The notes under the pieces: generated by a model | Seen by the model: the letters and a program-made list of their open reading frames with translations, nothing else | Database searches by the model: none | What the model was told of the DNA's origin: nothing | DNA from: Nitrososphaeria archaeon | GTDB lineage: Archaea; Thermoproteota; Nitrososphaeria; Nitrososphaerales; JAAOZN01 | DNA length: 64,000 bases | Direction of reading: 5' to 3' | Assembly: GCA_029775855.1 (NCBI GenBank) | Contig: JARVJZ010000004.1 | Coordinates: 1 to 64,000, forward strand | Program-made: the position numbers and the translations under genes | Shown here: piece after piece, positions 19,590 through 30,009 of the stretch | How positions within the stretch are numbered: the stretch's first letter is position 1 | Layout: each line of letters starts with the position of its first letter

Positions 19590-20990
19590 TTACCATCTTC
19601 TTGATTGAATTAATTGATAAAACATCATAATCAACCCGGTTAAAAACCCAATCAGCATCAGGAAAATACCAAGCTGGATATACGGCATAGCAAAACTACT
19701 ATGCGGCTCAGGATCCAAGAATATATAGAATACGGTGGCTCCAGTCAAAAGAATATAACCAGCAGTCATGAGTGAACCAACGATCTTAATAGAGTGGCCA
19801 ATATTGTTTATTCTTAATAAGGCTAGTAGAAAGAGAGCAACAGCGGTTAGAGTAGCTAAAGCATGCTCATGTCCCAAGATGAACGGAATCTCATTTTTTA
19901 AACCTACAAATTTGTCCAGATGTAAAGCTACATATATGCCAGGTAATGTAACCGCGATGTTTACCCAAAAGAATGTGAAGAGGAGACCAAAAGAAGCGGG
20001 ATCTTTGAATAGATTCTTTATTGGGTGAGCGTGGCTGTTTTCTAACGCTATATCCGCCATAACAGCGTACATAATGAATAGTGAACCTTGTAGTATTATA
20101 GCGCCGCTTGGTGTTATAACGTTATGTGCAGCGACACCTAAGGGAATAGTGGCGTACGTTGATATAGAGACTGCGGGGATGCTTAAAGCTACCATATAAA
20201 GGCCTATATCACCAAATAACCCTCTTGTGCCTTTAAAAGATTGAATATTGAAATGCTTAGAAGCCAAAAATACTACTGCGGCGGCTACAACAGTTACGAT
20301 AGCGTGCCTATGTGCTGCAACTATAATCCTGAATCTTTCGAGTTCTTCCAAGGCTCCCCATTGACTACTCCCAGTACTTGCGTAAAATCCTATTAGTGAA
20401 GTAGATAATACGAAAAAGATGGCGAGCCAGATTCCTATCTTTATGGCCCTCTCCTTTTTCATCGCGTAGATACTTTCTGCTCTAACATTATATCTACTGA
20501 TTGCTAATAGAAGTGATGCTCCTGCTAAGAAAGATAGTGAAAGACCAAAATAAAGTACAGCGTGTGCGATAGGGTTCCATCTTAACATTATGATAGTCCA
20601 GGCGCCCGCCGACGCAGACACGTAACCAATCGTTGCGTTGATTATAGCGTAATCTGCAGCTCTTCCAGTTAAGTTTAGGATATCAATAGAGACATATACC
20701 AAAACGGCTACGAAAGATACAGCCAAAGCGTGATAGAATAGGCTCTCGTAGGTAATCAGCTGTATCAAAGGTATCCTAAGAAGAGCAGTTTGACTAAAAG
20801 GTGGTGAGAAAGAGATCAGTGCTAGAATCTGCGCGAAGATCCATGTTGATGTGATGAAGGTTAGTGCTGTTAGCAGCCCACGCATAGCCAGAATAAGTTT
20901 GTATTCATTAAAAAAGTTTGTTTTGATGAGGCTATTTTGAGCGTGGCTAGGTTGGTGGTTGGGAGAGTATCCTAAGCTGAGGTTGTCCAC
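19590..20990 (-). CDS. hypothetical ~12-TM membrane protein with intramembrane His motifs
   Basis: Long hydrophobic ORF containing FYHAL, IAHAV, AHRHAI, AAHNV and GHEHAL. Confidence 0.8.
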   Translation of the reverse strand: MDNLSLGYSPNHQPSHAQNSLIKTNFFNEYKLILAMRGLLTALTFITSTWIFAQILALISFSPPFSQTALLRIPLIQLITYESLFYHALAVSFVAVLVYVSIDILNLTGRAADYAIINATIGYVSASAGAWTIIMLRWNPIAHAVLYFGLSLSFLAGASLLLAISRYNVRAESIYAMKKERAIKIGIWLAIFFVLSTSLIGFYASTGSSQWGALEELERFRIIVAAHRHAIVTVVAAAVVFLASKHFNIQSFKGTRGLFGDIGLYMVALSIPAVSISTYATIPLGVAAHNVITPSGAIILQGSLFIMYAVMADIALENSHAHPIKNLFKDPASFGLLFTFFWVNIAVTLPGIYVALHLDKFVGLKNEIPFILGHEHALATLTAVALFLLALLRINNIGHSIKIVGSLMTAGYILLTGATVFYIFLDPEPHSSFAMPYIQLGIFLMLIGFLTGLIMMFYQLIQSRRW

Positions 20991-21055
20991 ATCTTCTGTC
21001 TTATTCGTAAACTATATTTGTGTCTGTGTGCTGTTTTGGTTTGGTGCTGTTTTAG

Positions 21056-22186
21056 GTGGGTTTTGTACGTTCGCTTTTAGCTCTGTTTCTCGCTTTGCTT
21101 GTGAGTGGGGTCTCTACTTCAGCGGTTTTAATTCTTCCTCCTCCTACGCCTCAAGACCCTTTGGCGCCTAAGATTCTTTCTTCTAAGGGGCAGAGTTTAG
21201 ATCCTGTTTTCAGCCCAGACGGTAAGTTCATAGCCTACTCCTCAAATCTTTACGGAGACTTCGACATATGGCTTATGACTGTTGATGGTAGGAATCAAGT
21301 TAGGTTAACTTGCTTAGAAGGAGATGAGAAGAAACCCCAGTTCAGCCCAGATGGAATGAAAATTGCCTTTATACATTCATCTAACTTCGGTGAAGACATT
21401 TGGGTAGTGAATAGAGATGGCTCAAACCCCGTTAAGATAACAAACAATCATACACCAAAAAACAAGTTTGAATGGTCGCCCAATGGGTACCTTATAATCT
21501 ACGACACAATTGTAAACGATAAATGGCAGGTTTGGCTAACTTCTTTGAACAAAGGTATCAATATTTTTGTTGGGGATTCTGAAGAAAGATACGCGCCTTC
21601 TTGGAGCCGCAACGGTAAGTTTGCTATATGTGTAAATAAAGGCGTCAAAGGGTATAGTTTGGAGTTAATAGATGTTTCGACTAATTCGGTTGAAAAAATT
21701 TACACAACATCTGCAGTTATAAAGTATCCAAGTTTCTTTAGTGCTGATGAAAAGATTCTCTTTTTAAGAGGAAACGGTGATTGGAGCGTATATACTTTCA
21801 ACATAGGTAATTCACGCATCACAAATCTATTTGCAGACCCACTAAGGTATTATGCGGGCATACCTTGGACACCCATTTTAGAATCGGAAGTACCTTACGC
21901 TACGAGAACTAAGGCTTCAGAGCTTCTTTTCGTCGGCTACTCTAAACAAGGCGCTGAATTGTTCATATTGTATGATGATATAGAGATAGACTTTAAGGAA
22001 AGAGGTGTAGGTGTTATAAAAGGTTCAATAATTGAGAGATTATTTACAATAGGGCATACAAGAATAAATAGCCTAAGTTGGAGCCAAGATGGTCATAGCA
22101 TCTTACTGTCGTTTACCGAAGGAGGTTATAATATATTATCCTTACTAGTTCTAGAAAAAAAGAAAGTTTCACCTTATGAAAAATAA
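21056..22186 (+). CDS. exported TolB-like (PD40) beta-propeller protein
   Basis: Signal/anchor helix; repeated P.FSPDG.KIA, WSPNG and WSQDG units. Confidence 0.85.
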   Translation: MGFVRSLLALFLALLVSGVSTSAVLILPPPTPQDPLAPKILSSKGQSLDPVFSPDGKFIAYSSNLYGDFDIWLMTVDGRNQVRLTCLEGDEKKPQFSPDGMKIAFIHSSNFGEDIWVVNRDGSNPVKITNNHTPKNKFEWSPNGYLIIYDTIVNDKWQVWLTSLNKGINIFVGDSEERYAPSWSRNGKFAICVNKGVKGYSLELIDVSTNSVEKIYTTSAVIKYPSFFSADEKILFLRGNGDWSVYTFNIGNSRITNLFADPLRYYAGIPWTPILESEVPYATRTKASELLFVGYSKQGAELFILYDDIEIDFKERGVGVIKGSIIERLFTIGHTRINSLSWSQDGHSILLSFTEGGYNILSLLVLEKKKVSPYEK

Positions 22187-22205
22187 AAAATAGTGGGAAT
22201 AGAGC

Positions 22206-22964
22206 TTACCCATTGTCGTCTCTAGTTAATTCCATAAGTTCCTCTATATTCTTAGGCTTCAGAATCAGCTTATCCTTTAATCTAATTCCCATTGGTATTT
22301 CCTTTATATCATTTAGCGATTTGAAGATTGGTGGGAGAGGCTCTCTCGACCCTAAAAGTAGTAAGGCTTTATCCTCATCGTACGGGATTATCTTCTTCTT
22401 TTCACCCTTTGGTTTGAATACAACTGATGGGTTAGTTAAGCTTGGGTTTGGTAAGTCCTTTAGTTGTTTGACAGAACCATACTTTTTGACTAGATTCTCC
22501 ATTGTATCAAAGTCTAGAGCTCTCATCGGGCAAGCTAAGACGCATACAGGCTTAAGACCTTCTTCAAGTCTATCGATGCACATTGTACATTTATTAGCCT
22601 TAACGTCATTAGCTAACCTATCGCTCTCGTATGTTATGGCTCCATATGGGCAAGCTCGTTGGCAAAGTCTGTAACCTTTGCATTTTTCTTGATCTATCAG
22701 AACCGCGCCGTATTTCTCTTCTTTATATATTGCACCGTTAGGACACGCATCTATACAGACGGGATTACTACAATGGAAGCAGGTTACCCAGCGTATATGA
22801 GTTTTGATATTGGGATAATATCCCTCCTCATATTCGTAGATTCGAAGATATTTTATTGGCCCCGGTTTCAAGTCATACCAATCCTTACAAGCAACTACAC
22901 ACGCCTTGCAGTTAATGCATCTATCTTCGTTAAAGTAGAAGCCATATTGGACCATATCGCTCAC
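22206..22964 (-). CDS. DmsB-like 4Fe-4S dicluster subunit (15 Cys)
   Basis: Four Cys groups, with group III CKGYRLCQRACP missing its second Cys. 4-bp overlap with the upstream molybdoenzyme gene. Confidence 0.92.
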   Translation of the reverse strand: MSDMVQYGFYFNEDRCINCKACVVACKDWYDLKPGPIKYLRIYEYEEGYYPNIKTHIRWVTCFHCSNPVCIDACPNGAIYKEEKYGAVLIDQEKCKGYRLCQRACPYGAITYESDRLANDVKANKCTMCIDRLEEGLKPVCVLACPMRALDFDTMENLVKKYGSVKQLKDLPNPSLTNPSVVFKPKGEKKKIIPYDEDKALLLLGSREPLPPIFKSLNDIKEIPMGIRLKDKLILKPKNIEELMELTRDDNG

Positions 22965-25636
22965 CTCAACTTTTGTACCTCAACAACACTTGTTACTGGG
23001 AATGAACCAGATGGGCTCATCGAATCATATGTCAACACATTACAAGCACCTCTGCTATCCATGCCAGCTGGGTTTGGTGTAAACCAAGCACCGTGCCAAA
23101 CTGCTACGACGCCAGGCATAATCTTTGCAGTCACATAAGCCGGCAGTATTATTTCACCGCAATCGTTGAATACTCTAACCAAATCACCATCCTTGATACC
23201 TCTAGCTTTTGCGTCAGAGACACTTATCCATACTGAGTGTCGATACGCCTCCTCATCTAGCATAGGGTTGGTATCGTATGCTGTGTGAGATCTGTAGCGG
23301 CTATGCGGTGTTATCATTGTTAATGGATACTTATTTGCCAATGGGCTGAACATCATGTGCTCTGGTGGAATATATTTTGGAATAGGTGGTACATATCCAC
23401 CGTATTTTGTTTTAGTGAGATCAGTTTTAGCCAAATACTCTGAATATATCTCGATCTTTTTAGATGAGGTATTTGCGAAAGGTTTTCCTTCTTTGACTTC
23501 AACGCCATATGAATAAAGTGGTTCTGGAAAATCAAAGTGGTAAACCACTTGCTTCTTGAAGTCTTCCCAGCTAGGTAGGGTTCGCCCAATATTTGCTAGA
23601 CTTTTTGCTCTTGCTTCCCACGCTGCTTTAAGAAGCCTATCTTTAGTTTCTTCCCATTTGGAGTCATCTGTGTAATTGGGGTTGAATTCTTTGAGGAAGC
23701 CCATCTTCTCCGCTAGCTTTGTAAATATCCAATCTGGTTCTTTTGCCTCTCCTTGAGGTTCAACACATTTAGGAGAGTAGACCCACCAGCAACCCGATAT
23801 ATTCCCCCAAGGTGAATCTATAGTTGTAGTTTCAAATGGTGTTTCGACTACTGGTAATATAACATCAGAATACAGTGCAGTAGGTGTCATATGTATTGCG
23901 AAGTTAACGACATAATCAACCTTCTCAAGCGCCTTTACACCCTTTAGAATGTTCATGTTTCTGTTCAGATATTGACCGATTGCGTTAAAGATCATCTTGA
24001 TATTAGGTAAGGGGTTAGTTGCAGGATTACCTATTATGCTATTGTACTGCTCGGCAGTCAACGATTTACCAACCTCGTCTCTAAGAAGTATGGTATCAGC
24101 CCACTTAAACTGCTTAAAAGCTATAATTGTCTTTTGTTTTCCACTTCCACCCCAGCTAGCGCTTGGTGGACTTGGGGCTCTATCGCTCTCAATAGCCCAA
24201 TTAGTGGTGTTAATGTATCCACCCGGTACACCGATGTTTCCAGTTAAAGCTTGAAGCGCTATTGCAGCTCGAGCAACGTTTTCACCGTATTGATTTCTTG
24301 CTGGAGCCCAGCTTTTGAAGAGGCAGACAGGCTTGCTTCTCGCATATAAACGTGCAAAGCTTCGTATGGTTTCAGCTGGCACACCGCAAATCTTTTCAGC
24401 CCACTCTGGAGTTTTTGGTACACCATCCTCAACTCCTGTGACGTAGTCCTTCCACTTCTTAACCCCTTCTGGTTCAACAAACTTTTCGACATATTCTTTA
24501 TCATATAAGTCTTCAGTAAAGAGCACATATGCAACCGCTAAAGCAAAAGCAATATCTGTACCTGGTCGTATTGGGATCCATTGGTCTGCTAGTATGTCTA
24601 TAGTGTTAGTGTATTTGGGATCTATCGCTATTATTGGAGTGCCTTTCTTTTCTTTGATAAGTTTCATAAGATATAAAGTGTTTGTGCCAAATATTGTGTT
24701 TGCAGGGTCGTGCCCCCATAGAACTATTAGATTTGAATTAATCATGTCTGTTGTCTGATGACCTTTACCATAAGTTATACCCAACATATGGTTCTCGCTA
24801 AAGATCTCTGCCTCAAAAGAGCAAACACCCCAGCTATCGACTGTGTCAACAATGTGACTAAAGAATCTTGAGGCTCCTCTCTGCCATATAGAATATGGCC
24901 CATATTTCTCTTTGACTTCCTTAATCATCTTTGCGACTAAATCTAATGCTTCATCCCAGCTAATTCTTACAAATTTTCCCTCTCCTCTCTTTGTGCCCTC
25001 CACTCTTTTCATTGGGTACTTTATCCGATCTGGATTGTATATCCAATATTTCAGTGCACGCCCCCTTACACAAGGACGCTTTTGGACGATCGCGTTTATT
25101 AGCTTGTGATAATCAAGCAACTCATCTTCAATCGCTACGTTTGAATGGAGTAAGTCGTCTCCTTCGATAGCTGTAATAACACCGTTCTTAATTCTTGCTT
25201 TAAGTAGACAACCTCTGCCACCGCAGTTAATTGTGCAACTACCATAGCTTATGGTTTCTTGTTGGTGTTTTGCTGCTAGTTGCTGTTTTATGGCTTCGAC
25301 TCTTTGTTTGATTTCTGGTGATAGGGGTGGTTTTAGGCTTGGTGGTGGGGGTGGTGTTTGAGTTACGGTTGTGGTTGCTGTTTGAGTTACTGTTGCTGTT
25401 TGTGTTACTGGTGTTGTGACTGTCGTTGTCTGTGTTACTGGTGTTGTTACCGTCGCTGTTTGTGTTGTGGTTCTGGTCTGTGTTACTGTTGCTGTGACTG
25501 TCTTTTCAACCTCTCTGATAGGTGTGAGAAGCCTATCAGCACCAACACCAACCGCAACACCAGCTACAGCAGAAGCAGCTAAAGCGCCAGCCCACTTCAA
25601 CATAGAACGGCGAGAAACCTTAACCTCCTCACCCAA
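22961..25636 (-). CDS. Tat-exported DMSO-reductase-family (DmsA-like, Ser-ligand) molybdoenzyme with Thr-rich stalk, copy 1
   Basis: SRRSMLK Tat motif, CTINCGGRGC...PCVRG FS0 motif, WGVCSFE, IRPGTDIA and C-terminal molydopterin-dinucleotide domain (DAKARGIKDGDLVRVFN). Confidence 0.93.
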   Translation of the reverse strand: MGEEVKVSRRSMLKWAGALAASAVAGVAVGVGADRLLTPIREVEKTVTATVTQTRTTTQTATVTTPVTQTTTVTTPVTQTATVTQTATTTVTQTPPPPPSLKPPLSPEIKQRVEAIKQQLAAKHQQETISYGSCTINCGGRGCLLKARIKNGVITAIEGDDLLHSNVAIEDELLDYHKLINAIVQKRPCVRGRALKYWIYNPDRIKYPMKRVEGTKRGEGKFVRISWDEALDLVAKMIKEVKEKYGPYSIWQRGASRFFSHIVDTVDSWGVCSFEAEIFSENHMLGITYGKGHQTTDMINSNLIVLWGHDPANTIFGTNTLYLMKLIKEKKGTPIIAIDPKYTNTIDILADQWIPIRPGTDIAFALAVAYVLFTEDLYDKEYVEKFVEPEGVKKWKDYVTGVEDGVPKTPEWAEKICGVPAETIRSFARLYARSKPVCLFKSWAPARNQYGENVARAAIALQALTGNIGVPGGYINTTNWAIESDRAPSPPSASWGGSGKQKTIIAFKQFKWADTILLRDEVGKSLTAEQYNSIIGNPATNPLPNIKMIFNAIGQYLNRNMNILKGVKALEKVDYVVNFAIHMTPTALYSDVILPVVETPFETTTIDSPWGNISGCWWVYSPKCVEPQGEAKEPDWIFTKLAEKMGFLKEFNPNYTDDSKWEETKDRLLKAAWEARAKSLANIGRTLPSWEDFKKQVVYHFDFPEPLYSYGVEVKEGKPFANTSSKKIEIYSEYLAKTDLTKTKYGGYVPPIPKYIPPEHMMFSPLANKYPLTMITPHSRYRSHTAYDTNPMLDEEAYRHSVWISVSDAKARGIKDGDLVRVFNDCGEIILPAYVTAKIMPGVVAVWHGAWFTPNPAGMDSRGACNVLTYDSMSPSGSFPVTSVVEVQKLR

Positions 25637-25655
25637 ACAACATCAACTCTTGCTC
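25250..25655 (-). repeat. 406-bp inverted repeat, left copy
   Basis: Exact reverse complement of 32619-33024 when read base by base; identical shadow ORFs in the ORF track. Confidence 0.97.
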
Positions 25656-25671
25656 AGATACACACTATAAG

Positions 25672-25685
25672 TATTTAAATCTTTC
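25672..25685 (-). promoter_or_regulatory. BRE/TATA promoter of molybdoenzyme copy 1
   Basis: Minus-strand GAAAGATTTAAATA, with the TATA starting 24 bp outside the repeat edge. Confidence 0.6.
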
Positions 25686-25837
25686 AAATATATGTATAAA
25701 AATTTTAGATAATATTTTTGAACTTAATCTTAAGTAGAAAGGAATATCTAAGTGTATAACGTTCGCTGTAAACTTGCATTACGCGCAATAGCCAAAACAA
25801 TTATCTAAAAGTGTGAGTAAAATATGGTGTATAAAGA

Positions 25838-27247
25838 TTGATAATAGTGTTGGTTAACCCACCTTTTACACTTAGTGAATGTTTCCGAGGTTTTGCAAGA
25901 GTTGGCAGTATACAGCAGCCGCTTGGTCTTGCTTATGTGGCGGCTGTATTGGAGGAGGCTGGGTATAATGTTAAGATTATCGATTCGCCGGTGTTAGGAC
26001 TGAGTTTACAAGAGACTGTCGAGACTGTCATTAGAATGAGACCAGATGTCGTCGGAATTACTGCCACCACTCCAACTTTCAATAGGGCTATTAGCTTAGC
26101 AGAAAGTCTAAAGAAGGTAGCTGATATACCACTAGTTATCGGTGGGCCGCATTCTACTACACTCCCTGATGAAACCCTAGCCCTTTCCTGCTTTGATATA
26201 GCGATCATAGGCGAAGGTGAATACACAATGCTTGAATTACTTAAATGCTTGCAAAAAGGTACATCTTTATACGAAGTTAAAGGGATAGCGTTTAAAGAAA
26301 GGGGACAGATAGTAAAGACTCCTCCTAGAGCATATATAGACGACCTAGATGCGCTTCCTTTTCCAGCGCGCCACCTCCTTCCACCTTTAAAGTATTATCA
26401 CCCTACTCCTTCTGCTTATCGCTCATTACCACAGGCTACAATGATTACAAGTAGAGGTTGCCCCTACCAATGCACCTTCTGCGACCGTTCAGTATTTGGA
26501 AACAAGTATAGAGCAAGAAGTCCCAAGAATGTAGTTGAAGAAGTTGAAGAACTCGTCTACGAATATAGGGCAAAAGAAGTGAGGTTTTGGGACGACACAT
26601 TTAACATCAACAGAAAAAGAGTTCTAGAGATTTGTAGAGAAATGCGGATGCGAAGACTAGACATAAGCTGGACATGCCTATGTAGGGCAAACTTAGTAGA
26701 TGAAGAAATGTTACGTGAAATGGCCAAGGCTGGGTGTTGGCAAGTAGAATATGGCATAGAATCCGGTAACGAGGAACTTCTTAAAAAGATCGGTAAGGGA
26801 ATTACTCTCCAACAAATTAAGGGCGCAGTAGAAAAAACTAAAGCCGCGGGTATGAAGGCCCGAGGTTTCTTTATGCTGGGCTTACCTGGTGAAACTGAGC
26901 AGACTCTCAGACAGACTATAATCTTCGCAAGGTCCTTAAAGCTGGATGCTGCTGTCTTCCACATTACGATCCCCTTTCCAGGAACAGACCTATATCTAAG
27001 CGCTGTCTCCAGTGGCGAACTACGCACTGACTTAAACTACCAATATTATTTGATGTTTGGCTCAGATGAAGTCCCATATATACCAAAAGGGTTAACTAAA
27101 GAAGTACTCTTGAAGTATCGGTCAATAGCATATAAGTCATTTTATCTAAGGCTAAGTTATATGCTAGAACAGTTAGCTTCTGCAAGATCTCTTAAAGATT
27201 TATTTCGATACCTACTTGGTTTTATAACCCTAGCGCGCATCGAGTGA
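25838..27247 (+). CDS. cobalamin-binding (class B) radical SAM protein
   Basis: NPP...PLGLAYVAA B12-binding domain, GGPH, GEGE, TSRGCPYQCTFC, DDTF, GIESG and PFPGT. Confidence 0.93.
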   Translation: MIIVLVNPPFTLSECFRGFARVGSIQQPLGLAYVAAVLEEAGYNVKIIDSPVLGLSLQETVETVIRMRPDVVGITATTPTFNRAISLAESLKKVADIPLVIGGPHSTTLPDETLALSCFDIAIIGEGEYTMLELLKCLQKGTSLYEVKGIAFKERGQIVKTPPRAYIDDLDALPFPARHLLPPLKYYHPTPSAYRSLPQATMITSRGCPYQCTFCDRSVFGNKYRARSPKNVVEEVEELVYEYRAKEVRFWDDTFNINRKRVLEICREMRMRRLDISWTCLCRANLVDEEMLREMAKAGCWQVEYGIESGNEELLKKIGKGITLQQIKGAVEKTKAAGMKARGFFMLGLPGETEQTLRQTIIFARSLKLDAAVFHITIPFPGTDLYLSAVSSGELRTDLNYQYYLMFGSDEVPYIPKGLTKEVLLKYRSIAYKSFYLRLSYMLEQLASARSLKDLFRYLLGFITLARIE

Positions 27248-27254
27248 GCCTAGT

Positions 27255-27944
27255 TTATTTGCTCAACTCATCTATTACAAAAGGTATAAATTCTTGTTCT
27301 ATTTTAATAAATCCATTTAACATTTTTGCAATACCTATGTAAAATTTGTTCGAAGACGCCTCTACAATCTTTCGACAAAGCTCTGGCACCCATTTACTTA
27401 GATGATCGCTTAAGAACTCCATTTGTAGTTTCAAGTATCCCTTTGAGTACTCAACGTTATTTGCGTCAAGGCTTCGCTTCGTCAAGTCTACCAGCTTTGC
27501 CATAAACTCTAGTTCCACAGCTAAATGGTCTTCAGGTTCTTTAAAATCAGGGGTTTTCTCAAAGCCTAATATTCTATATGCATCCAAGACCTCAAAATAT
27601 GGTTCTTCATATAACGTATGGTGCTTTCCAAGGTACACCGATTCAACTAAATAGACTGGTTTAGGGCCGACATTCAAGAAAAGTGATGCGTATTCTGAAG
27701 CAAGATCCGTAAGTAAGTTATTCCTTTCTGGAGTTTCTTTAAAGTTTTTAAAGAAATCGGATATGATTATGCAACCTTTCTTTAGTTCCTCATTATCTGC
27801 TGATTCAGACAATTGGATAAAAAGTTCTTCTAGTTCTTCTATAAGTTTGAGAAATGCTTCATCGACTTCCTTTGCAAAACTTCTTGATAAGAAGCTATAG
27901 AGAACGTACCTTGTCTGCATAACATCTTTATAATTATTTAACAA
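27255..27944 (-). CDS. dmsD: TorD/DmsD family molybdoenzyme maturation chaperone
   Basis: YASLF...ESVYL and EPEDHLAVELEFM motifs; last gene of the A-B-C-D operon. Confidence 0.88.
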   Translation of the reverse strand: MLNNYKDVMQTRYVLYSFLSRSFAKEVDEAFLKLIEELEELFIQLSESADNEELKKGCIIISDFFKNFKETPERNNLLTDLASEYASLFLNVGPKPVYLVESVYLGKHHTLYEEPYFEVLDAYRILGFEKTPDFKEPEDHLAVELEFMAKLVDLTKRSLDANNVEYSKGYLKLQMEFLSDHLSKWVPELCRKIVEASSNKFYIGIAKMLNGFIKIEQEFIPFVIDELSK

Positions 27945-27962
27945 CCTGATCTAACTTCCTTC

Positions 27963-29204
27963 TTATTGGTTAATATTCTTTTCCGTCCTCCATATAGGAA
28001 ATATCCAATATGCTATAGTAGTTATAAGAGCAATTATACCAAATAAAGCAGCGCCTATCGTTAATTCTATCCACGTAGGAAAGTACACACCATACACACC
28101 AAATGAAGATAAGCCGACACTGTATTCTCCTTTTGCTATGCCAGGTGGTAATAATATAGGCGGATATATATAGCCTGGGACTACAAGTTCAACTCTGTAG
28201 GATAATACGCCGGTAAGCACAAGTAAGGCTGCCAATCCAAGTATCTTCGGGTTCATTCTAAGTCTTGGATGTAATAGTAAGATGAATGGTAATATGGCCC
28301 CCGGGATCCACTCGTATACGAAGAATGGTAAGAAGGGGCCGGTAAATATTAGCGTTAGAGGTAGTGTCTCTGATGGTGCGGCAGACCATAACCTTATGAC
28401 GAATTCATTTCCTATAAGGAATAGATCTATTGGGATGATGACTGCAAGCAACTTACCGAGTGTATTAATTGTTTTAACCTCTACTCTTATTCGGCTGCGC
28501 CACTGCATGATTAGAACTGTCAATATGACTAATGAGAGCCCTGAGATCATAGCTGAGGCTAAGAAGATAGGGGCAATCAAAGCGCTGTACCACCAGCTTC
28601 TACTTATTTGTGTTCCGAATATCCACGCTGTTACTGTGTGTAGCATTACTGCTGTGGGCAGAGCTATAAACGAGATCACTTTGACTATTCTCTCGTCTTT
28701 AGCAACCGCTTTTGGCGAAACATCATTAAATCCGAAGGTGAGACGGCTGCCTTTCCTAGCTAACTCCGCACGCATCATAAACCAAAGATCAACTATACAC
28801 AAGACCAAATAGACAACTATTACAGTAAAGTCCCATATCAGCGGCGAAAGTGGATTGCCATATAATATAAGGTAGGCTATACGCTCAGGTCTACCCAAAT
28901 CTGGGATAATAGATAGAGCTGCAACAGCAACACAAGCAGCTGCCAGCGTGGTAGCCACTTTAGCTATCGGTTTAAACTCTTCTACTCCAAACACATGTGC
29001 AGAAGATGAGACGATAAGACCACCTGCGCTTATGCCTACGAAGAAGGCAAATAATGTGATGTAGATTCCCCAGCTTACAACATTTCTCATTCCAGTTACT
29101 ATCAACCCGTTTTGTAGCTGGATAATCCACGCACCCAAGCCTCCGCCGATGAGCAGAAGTAAAAATATTAACCAGCCGTAGAATAATGGCGAATGTTTAG
29201 CCAC
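27963..29204 (-). CDS. dmsC: NrfD/PsrC-family membrane anchor subunit
   Basis: VSWGIYI..F.FFVGISAG, DLGRPER, SPLIWD and LHTVTAWIF; ~10 TM. Confidence 0.88.
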   Translation of the reverse strand: MAKHSPLFYGWLIFLLLLIGGGLGAWIIQLQNGLIVTGMRNVVSWGIYITLFAFFVGISAGGLIVSSSAHVFGVEEFKPIAKVATTLAAACVAVAALSIIPDLGRPERIAYLILYGNPLSPLIWDFTVIVVYLVLCIVDLWFMMRAELARKGSRLTFGFNDVSPKAVAKDERIVKVISFIALPTAVMLHTVTAWIFGTQISRSWWYSALIAPIFLASAMISGLSLVILTVLIMQWRSRIRVEVKTINTLGKLLAVIIPIDLFLIGNEFVIRLWSAAPSETLPLTLIFTGPFLPFFVYEWIPGAILPFILLLHPRLRMNPKILGLAALLVLTGVLSYRVELVVPGYIYPPILLPPGIAKGEYSVGLSSFGVYGVYFPTWIELTIGAALFGIIALITTIAYWIFPIWRTEKNINQ

Positions 29205-30006
29205 GCTGCAACACCCTCTTCAAAGTGGCTGAAGCGATAGCCTTTAGAGAAATATCACTTGATGTTGATATGATGGATGTTAATGTAGATTCGACATGCT
29301 TGACAAAAGCTTCATATAAGTTAGTAAACGACTGTTTACCACGTTTAGGTGGAAGATAGTAGGTCTTCGGTTGTGTCCCTAATTCTTCAAGCAATCTTAC
29401 ACCACTCCGCTCTTTAACCAGTTTTGACACTTTGCTATTGGGATCATCCAGATCTCCGAAGAATCTTGCTCTCGCGGGGCACATAGCTACGCAGAAGGGC
29501 TCTTGCCCATCTGTGATACGATGTATACATAGTGTGCATTTTTCTACGACACCCTTAGGTCTCTCCGGAGAATATATTATCCAACCCTCATCCTTTACTA
29601 CACCTTGATAACCTGTTCCATGCTCAGGCAAATGCTTTGGTTCTGCCCAGTTGAAGACGCGAACGCCATAAGGACAAGCGGCCATACAATATCTGCATCC
29701 TACACACCTCTCAATTCTTAGCTGTACAGTTCCATCTTCTTCACGCCTATAGGTGCCTGAAACAGGGCAAGCTTTTACACACGGTGCGTTATCACAATGT
29801 TGACATGTAATTGGAAGATAGAATATAGATGTATTTGGGTAGCTTCCTGAGCTTGTGTCAATCATAGACCCGCCGACGGTAAGCACTCGATTCCACCAAT
29901 TTCCTAAGCTCACATTATTCTCAAGTTTGCAAGCGATTGCGCAGGTTTGGCAGCCAATGCATCGATCCAAATCTATAACAAGCCCATATCTTACCAACCT
30001 AATCAC
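29197..30006 (-). CDS. dmsB: 4Fe-4S dicluster electron-transfer subunit (16 Cys)
   Basis: Complete four Cys groups: CIGCQTCAIAC, CQHCDNAPCVKACP, CVGCRYCMAACP and CTLC...CVAMCP. Confidence 0.92.
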   Translation of the reverse strand: MIRLVRYGLVIDLDRCIGCQTCAIACKLENNVSLGNWWNRVLTVGGSMIDTSSGSYPNTSIFYLPITCQHCDNAPCVKACPVSGTYRREEDGTVQLRIERCVGCRYCMAACPYGVRVFNWAEPKHLPEHGTGYQGVVKDEGWIIYSPERPKGVVEKCTLCIHRITDGQEPFCVAMCPARARFFGDLDDPNSKVSKLVKERSGVRLLEELGTQPKTYYLPPKRGKQSFTNLYEAFVKHVESTLTSIISTSSDISLKAIASATLKRVLQRG

Positions 30007-30009
30007 ATC

